Made by a program: the position numbers and the translations under genes. Below are positions 40,001-50,591 of a stretch of 64,000 nt of DNA, piece by piece. This DNA is from Desulfobacterales bacterium. GTDB taxonomy: Bacteria > Desulfobacterota > Desulfobacteria > Desulfobacterales > UBA5616. Location: NCBI GenBank assembly GCA_046483495.1, contig JAWODC010000036.1, positions 1 through 64,000 on the forward strand, written 5' to 3'. The notes under the pieces were generated by a model. The model worked only from the letters and a program-made list of their open reading frames with translations. It was not told the origin of the DNA and ran no database searches. How positions within the stretch are numbered: the stretch's first letter is position 1; every line of letters begins with the position of its first letter.

Positions 40001-40867
40001 TTGTCCGATGATTTCGTCGAGGGAATAGCCCAGCATATTTTGCGCCGCTTCATTGGCAAAGGTGCATCGGCCCTTTTTATCCGTCCCGAAAATCCCCTCG
40101 GCCACGGACTGCAGAATCAGGCGGCTGTATTCCTCCGATTCCTTGAGTTTCTCTGTTCTGTCCTCTACCAATTTTTCCAGATGGGATTTGTAGCGCATTA
40201 ATTCCGATTTGGCCTGTTCGGACTCTTCCGCGCTGATCTTACAGGCGCTGAGCGCATCCTCGGCGTTGATGCGCTCCCGGCTCACATAGGCCGCCAGCCG
40301 CGAAAACCCCGTGAGAAACGATATGACCGCAGAAAATTTCGCCTCTGAAAGCGTTGGAATCGCTTCCATTTCCTGCAGGTATGTCTGCACATCATAGCCG
40401 AATGCCGCAGCTTGCTGTTTACAATCGTCCCTGTCAATTTCACTTTGGAAAAATTGCCCTACAAAAGCATCGGCCAAATGCCTTTCATTGACGATGATCG
40501 GCAAAGCAATCAAGGAAAGCCCGTTTTTGCAGCGGCAAATAGAAAATTCTCCATCTTTCTCGAGATCCGGAAAAACCTCAGCACCGTTTTGGAAGCGCCC
40601 TGATTCAGGCAGTCCGTCGGATAGATGCATTGCATGGCATATGGGCCGCCAACCCTCCTCGAAGATAACATTGCCGTGCACATCAACAACGGAAAGGGCA
40701 ACCCCGACGGCATTGCAGAACCCCTTGAGAATGGGAACCAACGTATCGAAATTCAGCAGCGCCGGTAAGGATTCAGCTCCCGCTTCACTTGTTGTGTTCG
40801 GGTTATGGTCAGACGCGTTGGTCTGACGTGCGTTCTGTTTTTTCGTTTTCTTAGACGCCGGGGCCAT
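37073..40867 (-). CDS. Hybrid histidine kinase: PocR sensor-PAS-PAS-HisKA-HATPase-REC-REC-HPt
   Basis: PocR-like N-terminus (C-x-x-x-H, CKNGL, VGQFF); [32 protein letters not shown]; two REC domains; AHDIKG HPt. Confidence 0.93.
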   Translation of the reverse strand: MAPASKKTKKQNARQTNASDHNPNTTSEAGAESLPALLNFDTLVPILKGFCNAVGVALSVVDVHGNVIFEEGWRPICHAMHLSDGLPESGRFQNGAEVFPDLEKDGEFSICRCKNGLSLIALPIIVNERHLADAFVGQFFQSEIDRDDCKQQAAAFGYDVQTYLQEMEAIPTLSEAKFSAVISFLTGFSRLAAYVSRERINAEDALSACKISAEESEQAKSELMRYKSHLEKLVEDRTEKLKESEEYSRLILQSVAEGIFGTDKKGRCTFANEAAQNMLGYSLDEIIGQSIHDLFHHSNPDGSPHLEKDCPIYSAYTQGISSFRRDEVFWRKDGSFFDISYTSVPQRRGDSIIGSVVVFRDITKRKKAEEAIKESEYRLKSILTTTNEGFWLVDNEARTLDVNDTMCRFLERPREEIISKSAFAFLDRKNAPIMREQLKRRAFGEKGVYEIALDRPDGSKVLCLFHATPLYDKNGVKTGSFAMVTDITRHKKMEEELIIARNKAEAATRAKSDFLANMSHEIRTPMNAILGMTHLALNTDLSTKQRDYLNKIQISANSLLAVINDILDVSKIEAGKMNLESISFNLEEVLDNLFTQITIKAQEKEGLEVLFHIAEDVPRSLVGDPLRLGQVLVNLTNNAIKFTDRGEIVVSTELVEMSNKKALIQFSVRDTGIGLTEEQIARLFTSFSQGDTSVTRKYGGSGLGLAISRRLVEMMGGRIWVKSTPGIGSTFFFTAVFGTVQEGERIRYVPPPELRGIHVLVVDDNPTSREIFKKMLESFTFKVTLAASGEEGLRAVAQSIEKGPFDIIIVDWKLPGMDGIEVSKRIKKMPGLTPVPPIVMVSAYGREEILWQAQAAGLDGFLIKPIRSSVMFDTIMNALVKEDTAKKKVPADGKRPGFDVLRGLKGVRVLLVEDNVINQQVAKEILAAAGVEASLANNGREAVDAIKMRPFDAVLMDVQMPVMDGYTATRAIRRDVRFRQLPIIAMTAHAMAGDHEKSIEAGMDDHITKPIDPEKLYSVLARWVRSYSPPVKPAPISSDIDDNADAEPAMSTTGKQYIPASLDGFDLSEGLKRLQGNKALYRQLLVQFADHYTGKSDDIRKALDAGNYQLAHQVAHDIKGLAGNLAAVDLQGAAEELVDLVKHASRENPPRPDALEKAFSSFKTEMDHALRSARHLKETTFETVPSPTLEPDGRLSPELAGEAAEKLRAAAEIGDISGLSNIAEEMASRSPAFAPYRDRIAQLVNDFDFDGILGLSDELKKMRY

Positions 40868-40950
40868 TTCCCCCCTTTTCTCAATCTGCCTGCGGCCCTA
40901 CAATGCTTCGCATGGGGCATCCACTTTCACACCGGCAGCGCCGCTGCAGT

Positions 40951-42102
40951 TCATTCAACAGCCATGATCAGCACTGCCTGATCATCATCAGCCGGATGGG
41001 CACCGGCAAATCGAGAAACATCTTCGACAATTTCTCTGATCACGGCATTCGGTTCGTCGGCAGCCGAGGCGCCGAATCGCCGCAGCAGGCGGTCTGTCCC
41101 GTAGCGCTCCTGCGCTTCATTGAATCGATCCGTCACACCATCCGTATAGAACAGCAGGCGGTCGCCGGCTTGAAGCCTCATTTCCGTAATCGGAACCCGG
41201 TCATACGGCTTGAACCCCATAAGGGATACGCCGTCACAATCAATTTCAACGGCCGAATTTCCACCCGAACGGCGGTAAATGGGCAGCGGATGTCCGGCAC
41301 GCGCGATTTTCAGGTTTTTCGTGTCGGGGTTATACAGGGCGCAGATCGCCGTGACAAAGCTCTCAAGGTTCACTTTGCAAAGGGTGTCGTTGATGTAAGA
41401 AAGAATCTTGTCAGGCTCATCCAGGCAGGCCGAACATGAACGGAAAAGAGAACACGTCATGGCCATCAAAACTGTCGCCGGAGCGCTATGGCCCTCCGCA
41501 TCCGCCACCAATAAGACGAGCTTGCCGTCGGGAAGTTTTGCCAAGTCGTAGTAATCACCACCCGTATAGCGGCTGGTTTCATAATGTACGACAAGTTCAA
41601 CCCCCTTGACCCGGGGCAGATGATCAGGCAAAAGATCCCGTTGGATTTGGGCCACGACGTTCAGCTCGTGCTCCAGTTCATCCCGCTGCTCTCGAACCGC
41701 CCGGCTCAACTTGTGAATGGTCAGGTGGGTGTTCACCCGGGCGATGACTTCCTCAGGCTGAAAGGGCTTGGCAATGTAGTCCACAGCCCCAAGCTGCAGG
41801 CCGCGCACTTTATCTTCCGTCTCGTCCAACGCCGAAAGAAAAATGACGGGAATTTTTCGGGTATCCGGATGCGCTTTTAATCGACGGCACACTTCGAAGC
41901 CGTCAATACCCGGCATCATGATGTCCAACAAAATAAGATCCGGATGCGCTTTTTCGACGATCGTCAATGCCGCCTCGCCGGTTTTGGCTACCAGCAGTTT
42001 GCAGCCGAACCGCTCAAGTGTATTCATCAACACCTGAAGGTTGGCCGGCTGGTCATCAACCAGGAGAATGGATTCGGTGATGTGCTCATTTTCTTCCGTC
42101 AT
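40951..42102 (-). CDS. REC-PP2C (SpoIIE/RsbU-like) phosphatase
   Basis: N-terminal REC (LLDIMMP); GGDYYD, ADAEGH, RAGHP, YTDGV, DD. Confidence 0.92.
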   Translation of the reverse strand: MTEENEHITESILLVDDQPANLQVLMNTLERFGCKLLVAKTGEAALTIVEKAHPDLILLDIMMPGIDGFEVCRRLKAHPDTRKIPVIFLSALDETEDKVRGLQLGAVDYIAKPFQPEEVIARVNTHLTIHKLSRAVREQRDELEHELNVVAQIQRDLLPDHLPRVKGVELVVHYETSRYTGGDYYDLAKLPDGKLVLLVADAEGHSAPATVLMAMTCSLFRSCSACLDEPDKILSYINDTLCKVNLESFVTAICALYNPDTKNLKIARAGHPLPIYRRSGGNSAVEIDCDGVSLMGFKPYDRVPITEMRLQAGDRLLFYTDGVTDRFNEAQERYGTDRLLRRFGASAADEPNAVIREIVEDVSRFAGAHPADDDQAVLIMAVE

Positions 42103-42183
42103 TCTTTCCCTTTACATGGGACTTCAAACGAAGATCCTGCAAACGAGGTTGAACCGGGCCGAACTGTTCCGGCACAGGGAATT

Positions 42184-42627
42184 TCAAGTAGTCGGTTCCT
42201 CGATGTTCAGGTGCTTGCTCATGGTCAAGATATTTCGGCCCTGGACCACCTCATAGTTGATTTCATCCATGAGGTTTTTCAGAATGAAGGTGCCCATTCC
42301 CCGCTCAGGAAGCATCTCAACCTTCCTTGGATCGAACTGAAAGGGTTTGATTTTTGATAGATCTATACGTTCTCCACAATCCCGGAGTTGCATTGTCAAT
42401 CGGTCCGGGTAAAGCTGAATGTCCATTTCCAACGAATGCCCCGCTTCACAATGGTAGGCATGTTTGATCACATTGGTAACGGCTTCTACGGCACAAAGTT
42501 CGAGATGGTAAATGCCCGTTGCATCCATGGACAGCATTTCGGCTATGCCCCGAACGGCGGCGCCGACCAGGGCACAGTTTTCCAACCGGCTTTCGATAAT
42601 CACTCTTATGATTCGGATGGTTTCCAA
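42184..42627 (-). CDS. Anti-sigma factor Ser/Thr kinase (RsbW-like)
   Basis: EAVTNVIKHAY, D-x-G, ERGMG-x-F-x-x-x-x-x-MD; TTG start. Confidence 0.88.
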   Translation of the reverse strand: METIRIIRVIIESRLENCALVGAAVRGIAEMLSMDATGIYHLELCAVEAVTNVIKHAYHCEAGHSLEMDIQLYPDRLTMQLRDCGERIDLSKIKPFQFDPRKVEMLPERGMGTFILKNLMDEINYEVVQGRNILTMSKHLNIEEPTT

Positions 42628-42632
42628 GGGTG

Positions 42633-42977
42633 TTACCCCTTTTCAGAAATCGCTTTTAATGCCTCTTCTTCCGAACCGAAAATGTCGAATACCCGATCCA
42701 TACGGGTCAAACGGAAAAGGCTCATGACGGTTTCTTTTACGGTGCAAATCACAATTTTCCCCTCATTGCCGATCTTCTTGAGACCCGAGACGATGGCTCC
42801 AAGACCGCTGCTGTCCATGAAATCCACTTTGGAAAGATTGAGCACGATTCTGCGGTTCCCGGAATCTATCCAATCGCTTATCTTTTGGTGAAAATCCGTT
42901 GCAGTAGCAGCGTCGATCCTTTTTTCCAAGGGCCTCACAATCAAGACATCCGCTATTTTATTTTCCTGCAGTCGCAT
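42633..42977 (-). CDS. STAS anti-anti-sigma factor (RsbV-like)
   Basis: IDAATA, LSKVDFMDSSGLG, LFRLTRM. Confidence 0.92.
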   Translation of the reverse strand: MRLQENKIADVLIVRPLEKRIDAATATDFHQKISDWIDSGNRRIVLNLSKVDFMDSSGLGAIVSGLKKIGNEGKIVICTVKETVMSLFRLTRMDRVFDIFGSEEEALKAISEKG

Positions 42978-43175
42978 AGCATCCTTCCATGTAAATATTT
43001 TCCGATTCATATCACGATTGCATGAACTCGAGTATCAACCGGTCATTGCTTTTTATACCAAATGAGTCGCCTGAAATCAAAGAATCATTTCATGCGGTAT
43101 TCGCCGCAAAAGAACCACAAACAATGCAGAAAGCACTCCCCTGCCGGGAATGCCCGATAGAAATTTCGGACAAAA

Positions 43176-44468
43176 TTACCAAAGCGCATCCATGCCGATG
43201 TGCTTCTCCTCTTGTAGTTCGGCGTACTCCTGGTCGGTCACACCGATCAGGTCTTTATACACGTATTCGTTGTGCTCCCCGAGCCGGCAGGGAGGCTTAC
43301 GGATGCTTAACGGCGTTTTGGACATCCGGCAGAACTCACCGGGATGGCTGTGGGTGCCGACCTCTTCCTGGGTAACCTCCTGAAACCATTTTCGATCATT
43401 CACATGGGGGTCCTGGTGCACGTCTCTTTCATCCATAAGGGGTCCGGCAGGGACGCCCTCCTGCTGAAGCCGGTGCATCAACTCGTAATTGTCCAGGCCG
43501 AGTGTCCATGACGCCACATGGGCATCGAGTTCATCCTGGTGCTGCAACCGTGACAGGTCGTCGGAAAATTTTTCCGACAGGGCCCAATCGGGATCTCCCA
43601 TCACCCGGCACAACCCCCTCCACTGGTCGTCATTGAAGACGGATATGGCGATCCAGCGATTTTCACCTTTACAGCGGTAAACTCCATGGGGCGCCGCGGA
43701 CGGGTGACGGTTGCCGATAGTTTTCTGGACTTCTTTGTTCATGGCGAAGCGCATGAGGGCATCCCCGGTGTGGTGGATCATGTTTTCGATTTGAGCGAAT
43801 TCGATAAATTGGCCTTCACCGGTTTTGTCCCGGTGATGAAGCGCCATAAGAACGGCAAATGCCATGGTCATTCCGCTCAGCGGGTCCATCCAGACCACCG
43901 AGGTGGTGGTTGTCGGGTCACTGTCCGGATATCCCCTGAGCCAATTGAAGCCTGACATCGCCTGGATTTGTGACCCGTAGCTGAGATAGTGGGCGTAGGG
44001 CCCTGACTCGCCGTATCCGGGGGCGGACAACATGATCAGGTCCGGCTTTATTTTTTTCAGCTCGGAATAGCCGATACCGAGTTTGTTCACCACCCCCGCC
44101 GAATTATTTTCGACAAACACATCGGCAACGGCGATCAGCCGCTTGAACATTTCGACTCCCCTGGATCTCGAAAGGTCCATGGTGCAGGACATTTTGTTGC
44201 GGGCCGTGGCGTTGAACACCGGGAACCTGTTCCACGGCCGCTCTCCCGGATCCCTGTTTGGATAACCCCCACCGATAGTGCCCTGAGCAGCCACGAATTC
44301 ACGGGTGGGCCTCGGCACAAATCCCCGCGTGATGGGGGCGTAGCGCTGAAGGGATTCCACCCGAATCACCTCGGCCCCGAGATCCGCCAGGACCTGCCCG
44401 GCATAGGGGCCGGCAAAAACGACGGTGATTTCAATAACCCGTATTCCTTCCAATGGTAATTTCGCCAT
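43176..44468 (-). CDS. Family III CoA-transferase, catalytic (BbsF-like) subunit
   Basis: LEGIRVIE, AGP, LADLGAEVI, RNK, GYGESGPY; Asp retained in WMDPLSG. Confidence 0.9.
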   Translation of the reverse strand: MAKLPLEGIRVIEITVVFAGPYAGQVLADLGAEVIRVESLQRYAPITRGFVPRPTREFVAAQGTIGGGYPNRDPGERPWNRFPVFNATARNKMSCTMDLSRSRGVEMFKRLIAVADVFVENNSAGVVNKLGIGYSELKKIKPDLIMLSAPGYGESGPYAHYLSYGSQIQAMSGFNWLRGYPDSDPTTTTSVVWMDPLSGMTMAFAVLMALHHRDKTGEGQFIEFAQIENMIHHTGDALMRFAMNKEVQKTIGNRHPSAAPHGVYRCKGENRWIAISVFNDDQWRGLCRVMGDPDWALSEKFSDDLSRLQHQDELDAHVASWTLGLDNYELMHRLQQEGVPAGPLMDERDVHQDPHVNDRKWFQEVTQEEVGTHSHPGEFCRMSKTPLSIRKPPCRLGEHNEYVYKDLIGVTDQEYAELQEEKHIGMDALW

Positions 44469-44491
44469 ATCGAGTCCTTTTGTTCTTTTGC

Positions 44492-45688
44492 TCAGATGGT
44501 TCCGGCCGCGGCAAGCCGAAGAAGATCCTTACGGTTATATCCAATGGCGCCGTAAATCTCCTCGTTGTGCTGTCCGAGAAGGGGGGCCGTCGTTTTCAAT
44601 TTCCAGGGCGTTTTCTCGGGACGGAACGGCGGGCCGGGGTATTTCAGTCTTCCCGCCGCCGGGTGGTCCCCCTCCACGAAGAAGTTTCGCTCGTTAAAGT
44701 GAGAATCTTCCATGACATCCCGGGCTGTGTTCACCTTCACGACAAATACTCCCTGTTTCTGGGCGGTTTCCATTGCCTCCTGTTTTGTGCGCTCCAGAAA
44801 CCAGGGAAGATACGTCGCCTCGAATTCACCCTGCCTCTCCATGTCGAAAATATTCGGAAACCGCTCCATCAGATCGGGCTGACCCAGCATTTCGGCAAAT
44901 GCAGGCCAATAGGTGGGTGTGACACCAACCTCGACATACCCGTCACAGGTCCACACGGCGCGAAACGGGAGAATGCCGAATGCCGGCTCGCCTTCACGGC
45001 CCGCCACCTCTCCGGTGTAGGAATGCGCCAACAATTGAATGATGCGGCGGTCGATGCTGTTTAAATTCACCTCCATAATATTGACGTCGATGTGCTGTCC
45101 CACGCCCTGCCGGCGGCCGGCAAATACCCCGGCCATGGCCGCAGTCGCCGCTGCATTGCCGGTCTGGTACTGCATGGCGTAGGGGGCGAGTTTCTGGGGT
45201 TCTCTGTCAGGAAGACCGCAGATAAGGAGACTGTGCGCCATGCCCTCCATGATGAGATCCGAAGCCCGGAAATCGCGGTATGGCCCGCTCTGGCCGAAAT
45301 TGGATATTGACACCATTACTAAAGCCGGATTGACCTTTTCCAGCGTTTCGTAGTCCAGTCCAAGGCCCGGCATGACCTTGGGGCTGAAGCTTTCCACCAG
45401 CACATCCACCTTCTTCACCAGTTCCAGAAAAATTTTCCTCCCCCGAAAGCTCTTCAAATCCAGGGTTATGCTTTTTTTATTTGTGTTGAGGTTCAGAAAC
45501 ATGCCGCTTTTTTCCGGATCGAAAACATCGTTGGGGAACGGCCCCATTCTCCGGGCGGGGTCCCCATCACCGGGTTTTTCAATTTTTATCACTTCGGCAC
45601 CGAAATCGGCGAGCAGCTTTGTGCAATACGGCCCGGCGATATGCCAGGTCAGATCCAACACGCGAATGTCGTCTAATGCCTGTTTCAT
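44492..45688 (-). CDS. Family III CoA-transferase, probably non-catalytic (BbsE-like) subunit
   Basis: IRVLDL, AGPYC, LADFGAEVIKIE, GDPAR, NKKSITLDLK; the position of the catalytic Asp reads AMQYQTG. Confidence 0.88.
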   Translation of the reverse strand: MKQALDDIRVLDLTWHIAGPYCTKLLADFGAEVIKIEKPGDGDPARRMGPFPNDVFDPEKSGMFLNLNTNKKSITLDLKSFRGRKIFLELVKKVDVLVESFSPKVMPGLGLDYETLEKVNPALVMVSISNFGQSGPYRDFRASDLIMEGMAHSLLICGLPDREPQKLAPYAMQYQTGNAAATAAMAGVFAGRRQGVGQHIDVNIMEVNLNSIDRRIIQLLAHSYTGEVAGREGEPAFGILPFRAVWTCDGYVEVGVTPTYWPAFAEMLGQPDLMERFPNIFDMERQGEFEATYLPWFLERTKQEAMETAQKQGVFVVKVNTARDVMEDSHFNERNFFVEGDHPAAGRLKYPGPPFRPEKTPWKLKTTAPLLGQHNEEIYGAIGYNRKDLLRLAAAGTI

Positions 45689-46167
45689 GTTTCTCCTTTG
45701 CCGGGGCGGTCAGGTGACGTCGCTGTAAACGTTTTTCTGAAAACCCCTCATCCGGTCATAAATTCCGTCGAAGAGGGATGCCAGGTTCCAGTATTTTCCC
45801 ACTTTTCCATGATAGCCTCCCTTCTTTGAAATTCATGAAAAAATGGTGGATCGGTAGATTAGGGGCACCACATCCAAGAGGGTTTCACCAAAGGCCCGGG
45901 CAGATATGGCAAATTTAAATTATCAAAAAGTCCCGCCAAATGCCACGTAAAAATAGACTTTTATTCTGAATTAATTTCGCTTATTTTTTGGATTTCCCCC
46001 GCGACAGGCTATAAATACGCCTTTTATTGACATTCATATCGGGATGTGTTTGGAATGAAACTGACTGCCGGCCTAAACCGCCTCGGTCCCAAGTAGACTT
46101 GCTTGCCGACTTCGGGAGACTAAACGCAACCCCGAAACAAACGAATTCCACATAAAGGAACCCAGAA

Positions 46168-47007
46168 ATGCAGCCTGAAGATTTTAAAGAAATCCTCTAT
46201 CAAAAAGACGATGCCGGCATCGTGACGCTTACCCTGAACACCCCCTGGCGAAAAAACGCCATCAGCGGTGTTACCGGCGTGGAACTGTGGTGGGCCGCAC
46301 ACCTGTTTCAAAAAGATGACACGGCACATGCGATGATTTTGACCGGCGCCAAAGATCCGGGCAGCACCGATCCGGCCGGGGAGGCCTTTTCCAGCGGCGG
46401 ATACTTCACGCCGAATGCGGCCGATATTGATCCGGAAATCCTGGATCAGATCGATCCAAAGGACATTGCCGCCAAACGCCTGACTGAAAAAATGTGGTAT
46501 ATCGACAAGCCCGTGGTCGCCGCCATCAACGGCCTTGCGATCGGGATGGGGTTCACTCTTCCCCTCTCCTGCGCAGACCTGATATATATGTCCGAACATG
46601 CCTGGATTCGGTTGCCTTTTGTTCGGCTGGGGATATTGCCGGAGCTGGCATCCACCTTTCTTCTGCCGCGGCTGGTGGGCATGCAGCGCGCCAAAGAAAT
46701 CATGCTTTTCGGAGAAGACATACCCGCCCAAAAAGCCTATGAAAACGGACTCGTAAACAAGGTGCTCCCCCATGACGAACTGTTGCCTTACGCAAGAGAA
46801 ACGGTATTGAAATTGATTCCCCCGGGCGGTCCGGCAATGGCGGTTAAGCTGACCAAACGGGCGCTGCACCGGCAGCTTTGCAGTGAGATCACCCGGGCGC
46901 TGGATGAGGAAAACATCGGGTTGAACGTCGCGTTCAAAAGCGAGGACTTTGCCGAAGGAGTAAAGGCACGAATCGAAAAGCGGACCCCGGTGTATAAAGG
47001 GCGATAG
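46168..47007 (+). CDS. Crotonase-superfamily enoyl-CoA hydratase/isomerase (isomerase-type)
   Basis: AFSSGG, KPVVAAINGLAIGMG, LPFVRLGILPE, GLVN, F-x-EG. Confidence 0.88.
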   Translation: MQPEDFKEILYQKDDAGIVTLTLNTPWRKNAISGVTGVELWWAAHLFQKDDTAHAMILTGAKDPGSTDPAGEAFSSGGYFTPNAADIDPEILDQIDPKDIAAKRLTEKMWYIDKPVVAAINGLAIGMGFTLPLSCADLIYMSEHAWIRLPFVRLGILPELASTFLLPRLVGMQRAKEIMLFGEDIPAQKAYENGLVNKVLPHDELLPYARETVLKLIPPGGPAMAVKLTKRALHRQLCSEITRALDEENIGLNVAFKSEDFAEGVKARIEKRTPVYKGR

Positions 47008-47009
47008 TC

Positions 47010-47151
47010 AGTGCCCACCCGGAAATGAGAAAATTCGATTCCGTTCAAGGCAGCCGGGAAATATTTACCGCAGGAATACATTGAGTATTTTGAGAATTAA
47101 AATTTTCCGGCCAACGAAGAATGGAGTGAATTAGACATTTCTGGATGTCTA
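47010..47151. repeat. Full-length MITE/REP-like element, main subfamily
   Basis: AGTGCCCACCCGGAAATGAGAAAATTCG...CCGCAGGAATACATTGAGTATTTTGAG...CATTTCTGGATG; begins 3 nt after the crotonase stop; opposite orientation to the 28356 copy. Confidence 0.88.
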
Positions 47152-47219
47152 GTTAACCTCCGGTCGGTGCAGGTGTATGCGATTGAACAGCTACAGATGA
47201 GGTCAATTTCTTCCACCGG

Positions 47220-50045
47220 TCACCGGTCTCCGTTTGTTCTGGACCGGTTTACTGATTCAAGGCCTCGCAGGATAAACGGCAAAATTCCCCCATGACGGTA
47301 ATAGGTCATTTCAACCGGCACATCGATACGGGCGGTTACCGTGAATTCGATGGAGGTGCCGCCCGGCACTGCCGCCCGCACCAAGAGGTCTGCGCCGGGT
47401 TCGATCCCGTTTTCGATGCCGGTGATGTCGTAAATTTCCGTACCGTCAAGGCCAAGCGCTTCCTGATTTTCGCCCGGCTTGAACTGGAGCGGCAGAACCC
47501 CCATACAGACCAAATTGCTGCGGTGAATGCGTTCAAAACTTTCGGCGATTACGGCCCGGACACCCAACAAGGCAGTCCCCTTGGCCGCCCAATCCCGGGA
47601 ACTGCCCGTGCCGTAATCTTCTCCCGCAATGATCAGAAGAGGTGTACCCTCCTTTTTGTAAGCCATGGCGGCCTGGTAAATGGACATTTCTTCATTGGTC
47701 GGCAAATACCGGGTCCATCCTCCGGTTCTTTCAGGGACAAGCCGATTTTCCAATCGAATGTTGCCGAAGGTGCCCCGCATCATCACCTCGTGATTACCCC
47801 TTCGGGAGCCATAGGAGTTGAATTCTGAAATCGAAACGCCCTGGTTTCTTAAATATTTTCCGGCCGGTGAATCCGGCGGAATGGCCCCGGCCGGGGAAAT
47901 GTGGTCCGTTGTCACGGTATTGCCCAGCAGCACAAGAACCCGCGCGCCCTTGATATCCGTGAGCGGGGGTACGGTGAGGGTAACGGACTGAAAAAACGGC
48001 GGAGGTTTGATATAGGTGGAATTCTCATCCCACTGAAAAACGGCCCCTTTCGGCGTTTTTAACTCGTGCCAGAGTTCCGAACCGTCAAAAACGTCTGCAT
48101 AGACCTTTTCATACATTTCAGGTGTGATAAACCCGGCTGCCGCTTCTTTCACTTCTTTCACCGACGGCCAAATATCGCTCAAATACACCGGATTCCCCTC
48201 CGGGTCATGCCCGAGGTGCTCATTTTTCAGGTCATAGGCCACATTTCCGGCAAGTGCGTATGCCACCACAAGCGGGGGTGAAGCCAGGTAATTCAGCTGG
48301 GTAAGAGGAGAAATCCTGCCGGCGAAATTTCGGTTGCCCGACAGCACCGACGCCGCCATCAGATGGTTTTCCTGCACAGCCCGCGCAATGGGTTCGCTGA
48401 TTGCACCGCTGTTGCCGATGCATGTCGTGCAGCCGTATGCCACCGTGTGAAAACCCAGTGTTTCCAGATACGGCATCAGGCCCGAGGCTTTCAGGTAATC
48501 CGTCACCACCCGGGAGCCCGGGGCCATGCTGGTCTTTACCCAGGACTTGGTCCTCAAACCTTTTTCAACCGCCTTTTTGGCAAGCAGACCGGCCTGTATC
48601 ATGACCGCGGGATTGGAAGTATTGGTGCAACTCGTAATGGCGGCGATAATCACGGAACCATGAAACAATTTAAATTCCCTACCGTTTATCAGCCTGACCC
48701 TCACACCTCGTGAGGAATTGGATACCGTGCAATTCTCGAGTGCGGTATCGGCCGATTCGGCGATATGCCCGCCTTCATCCTCCCAGTGATGCTCTTGAGC
48801 GACCAGGTCCGCCGGATCACCTTGTCCGATTTCACAGGCATGCCTGGTTTCCTGCTCAAAAACCGATGGCAGCCGGTCAAGAGGGATCCGCTCCTGAGGG
48901 CGTCGGGGGCCGGCCAGACATGGGACAACGTCTCCCATGTCGAAATTCACGATATCGGTATAATCCGGATCCGGCGTGTTCCTATCCCTAAAAAGCCCCT
49001 GAGCTTTCAAGTAGCGTTCAATCAATTCGATGTGGTTTTCAGGCCTGCCGGTAACCCTCAGATAGGTCAGGGTTTTTTCGTCAACGGGAAAAAATCCTAC
49101 CGTGGCGCCATACTCCGGTGCCATGTTTGCAATGGTGGTGCGGTCCTCAAGAGGCAGATGATCCAGTCCGGGTCCGAAAAACTCGACGAACTTTCCCACC
49201 ACTCCTTTTTCACGCAGCAATTGGGTTATGGCAAGCACCAGGTCGGTCGATGTAGCACTGGATGGGAGTTCACCGATCAGATTGAATCCGATCACCTCCG
49301 GCGACATGAAATAATAGGGGCGCCCCAGCATCACGGCTTCGGCTTCGATGCCGCCCACGCCCCATCCCAAAACGCCGGCTCCGTTTATCATGGTGGTATG
49401 CGAATCCAACCCCACCAGCGTATCCGGAAACGCCAGAATTTCACCGCCGATGGATTTCGTGAATACCACCCGTGCCAAATATTCCAGGTTTACCTGATGA
49501 ACGATACCCGTATCCGGGGGAATCACCTTCAAATTTTTAAAACTGTTATGCCCCCATCTTAAAAATGTGTATCGTTCGGCATTTCGTTCAAATTCTTTTT
49601 TTACATTCAATTCCCTGGCTTGCGGTGTGCCGTATTCATCAACCTGAACCGAATGGTCGATGACCAACTCCGCCGGCACGTTAAGCCTCACCCTCATTGG
49701 ATCGCCGTAGAGGCGTCCGGCCGCGTCACGCATGGCGGCAATGTCGGCCACGGCAGGAACACCGGTAAAATCCTGCAGCAGTATTCGGGCCGGCATGAAC
49801 GGTATTTCAAACAACTCCTGCGAGCCGGGGCGCCATCGGGCAAGCCGGGCCACCTGGGATTCGGTTATCGTATCGCCGTCTTCGCTTCGAATCGCATTTT
49901 CCAATAAAATTTTGATAGAAAACGGCAACCGGTGAATGCCGTCAAAACCCGATTGGGAAAACGTGTCGAGATCATAATAAACAACGGACTGCGTCCGGGT
50001 GATTAACTTTTCCAGAACGCCGAACCGGTTTCTCAAACCCGCCAT
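47220..50045 (-). CDS. acnA: Aconitate hydratase A
   Basis: QDFTGVP, DHSVQVD, GIVHQVNLE, DSHTTM, AAITSCTNTSNP, GCTTCIGNSG, TTDHISPAG, YGTGSSRDWAAKG; SD AGGAGG before ATG 50045. Confidence 0.97.
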   Translation of the reverse strand: MAGLRNRFGVLEKLITRTQSVVYYDLDTFSQSGFDGIHRLPFSIKILLENAIRSEDGDTITESQVARLARWRPGSQELFEIPFMPARILLQDFTGVPAVADIAAMRDAAGRLYGDPMRVRLNVPAELVIDHSVQVDEYGTPQARELNVKKEFERNAERYTFLRWGHNSFKNLKVIPPDTGIVHQVNLEYLARVVFTKSIGGEILAFPDTLVGLDSHTTMINGAGVLGWGVGGIEAEAVMLGRPYYFMSPEVIGFNLIGELPSSATSTDLVLAITQLLREKGVVGKFVEFFGPGLDHLPLEDRTTIANMAPEYGATVGFFPVDEKTLTYLRVTGRPENHIELIERYLKAQGLFRDRNTPDPDYTDIVNFDMGDVVPCLAGPRRPQERIPLDRLPSVFEQETRHACEIGQGDPADLVAQEHHWEDEGGHIAESADTALENCTVSNSSRGVRVRLINGREFKLFHGSVIIAAITSCTNTSNPAVMIQAGLLAKKAVEKGLRTKSWVKTSMAPGSRVVTDYLKASGLMPYLETLGFHTVAYGCTTCIGNSGAISEPIARAVQENHLMAASVLSGNRNFAGRISPLTQLNYLASPPLVVAYALAGNVAYDLKNEHLGHDPEGNPVYLSDIWPSVKEVKEAAAGFITPEMYEKVYADVFDGSELWHELKTPKGAVFQWDENSTYIKPPPFFQSVTLTVPPLTDIKGARVLVLLGNTVTTDHISPAGAIPPDSPAGKYLRNQGVSISEFNSYGSRRGNHEVMMRGTFGNIRLENRLVPERTGGWTRYLPTNEEMSIYQAAMAYKKEGTPLLIIAGEDYGTGSSRDWAAKGTALLGVRAVIAESFERIHRSNLVCMGVLPLQFKPGENQEALGLDGTEIYDITGIENGIEPGADLLVRAAVPGGTSIEFTVTARIDVPVEMTYYRHGGILPFILRGLESVNRSRTNGDR

Positions 50046-50342
50046 AAACGCCTCCTGCACGACGAGCGAAAGTTGACTGGTAAAAGAAAATTATCTTTTT
50101 CATTACTATTACTTACAATAAAAAACTTTACAAGGATTTACAATGCCAATTTTTTCGTCATGCAACCCTTCAGCCTCTGGCTTCGGGCTCGTTTTTATAA
50201 CCGGTGGGTACACCAAACCTCCGGCATACGAAATTTTTTCTTGAAATATGCATCCATAAATGAAAAATTCTATCTGTTGCCCCGGATATTCAATCAAACA
50301 CTTACATACGCGTGTATGGCTGTAAACATGACAAAAGACGAT

Positions 50343-50591
50343 ATGACCGATCAAAAAACAACAACACGACCCCGGACCGCCCTCGACCACATCTGGAATC
50401 CGACACCCACGGATGTGAACGTCGCCAGAATCGTTCTATGGATTTGCATTATTCTAACACTGGTTCTGCCGCAAGTGGTGGAGGATTTATCGAACAACCA
50501 GACATGGCATTTTATTTCCATCGGTTCCATTTTTCTGGCGTTTGCAATTCGAATAGTCATGCAGGTCAGGCTCTCATCGAGGCGTGACTGA
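50343..50591 (+). CDS. Small 2-TM membrane protein, unknown function
   Basis: Hydrophobic segments IVLWICIILTLVLP and FISIGSIFLAFAIRIVM; start uncertain (50328 or 50343). Confidence 0.55.
   Translation: MTDQKTTTRPRTALDHIWNPTPTDVNVARIVLWICIILTLVLPQVVEDLSNNQTWHFISIGSIFLAFAIRIVMQVRLSSRRD

Noticed and set aside
45905..45950. Possible sigma-54 promoter (TGGC...TTG) upstream of the CoA-transferases
   Set aside because: GG-N10-GC spacing is not satisfied on either strand.
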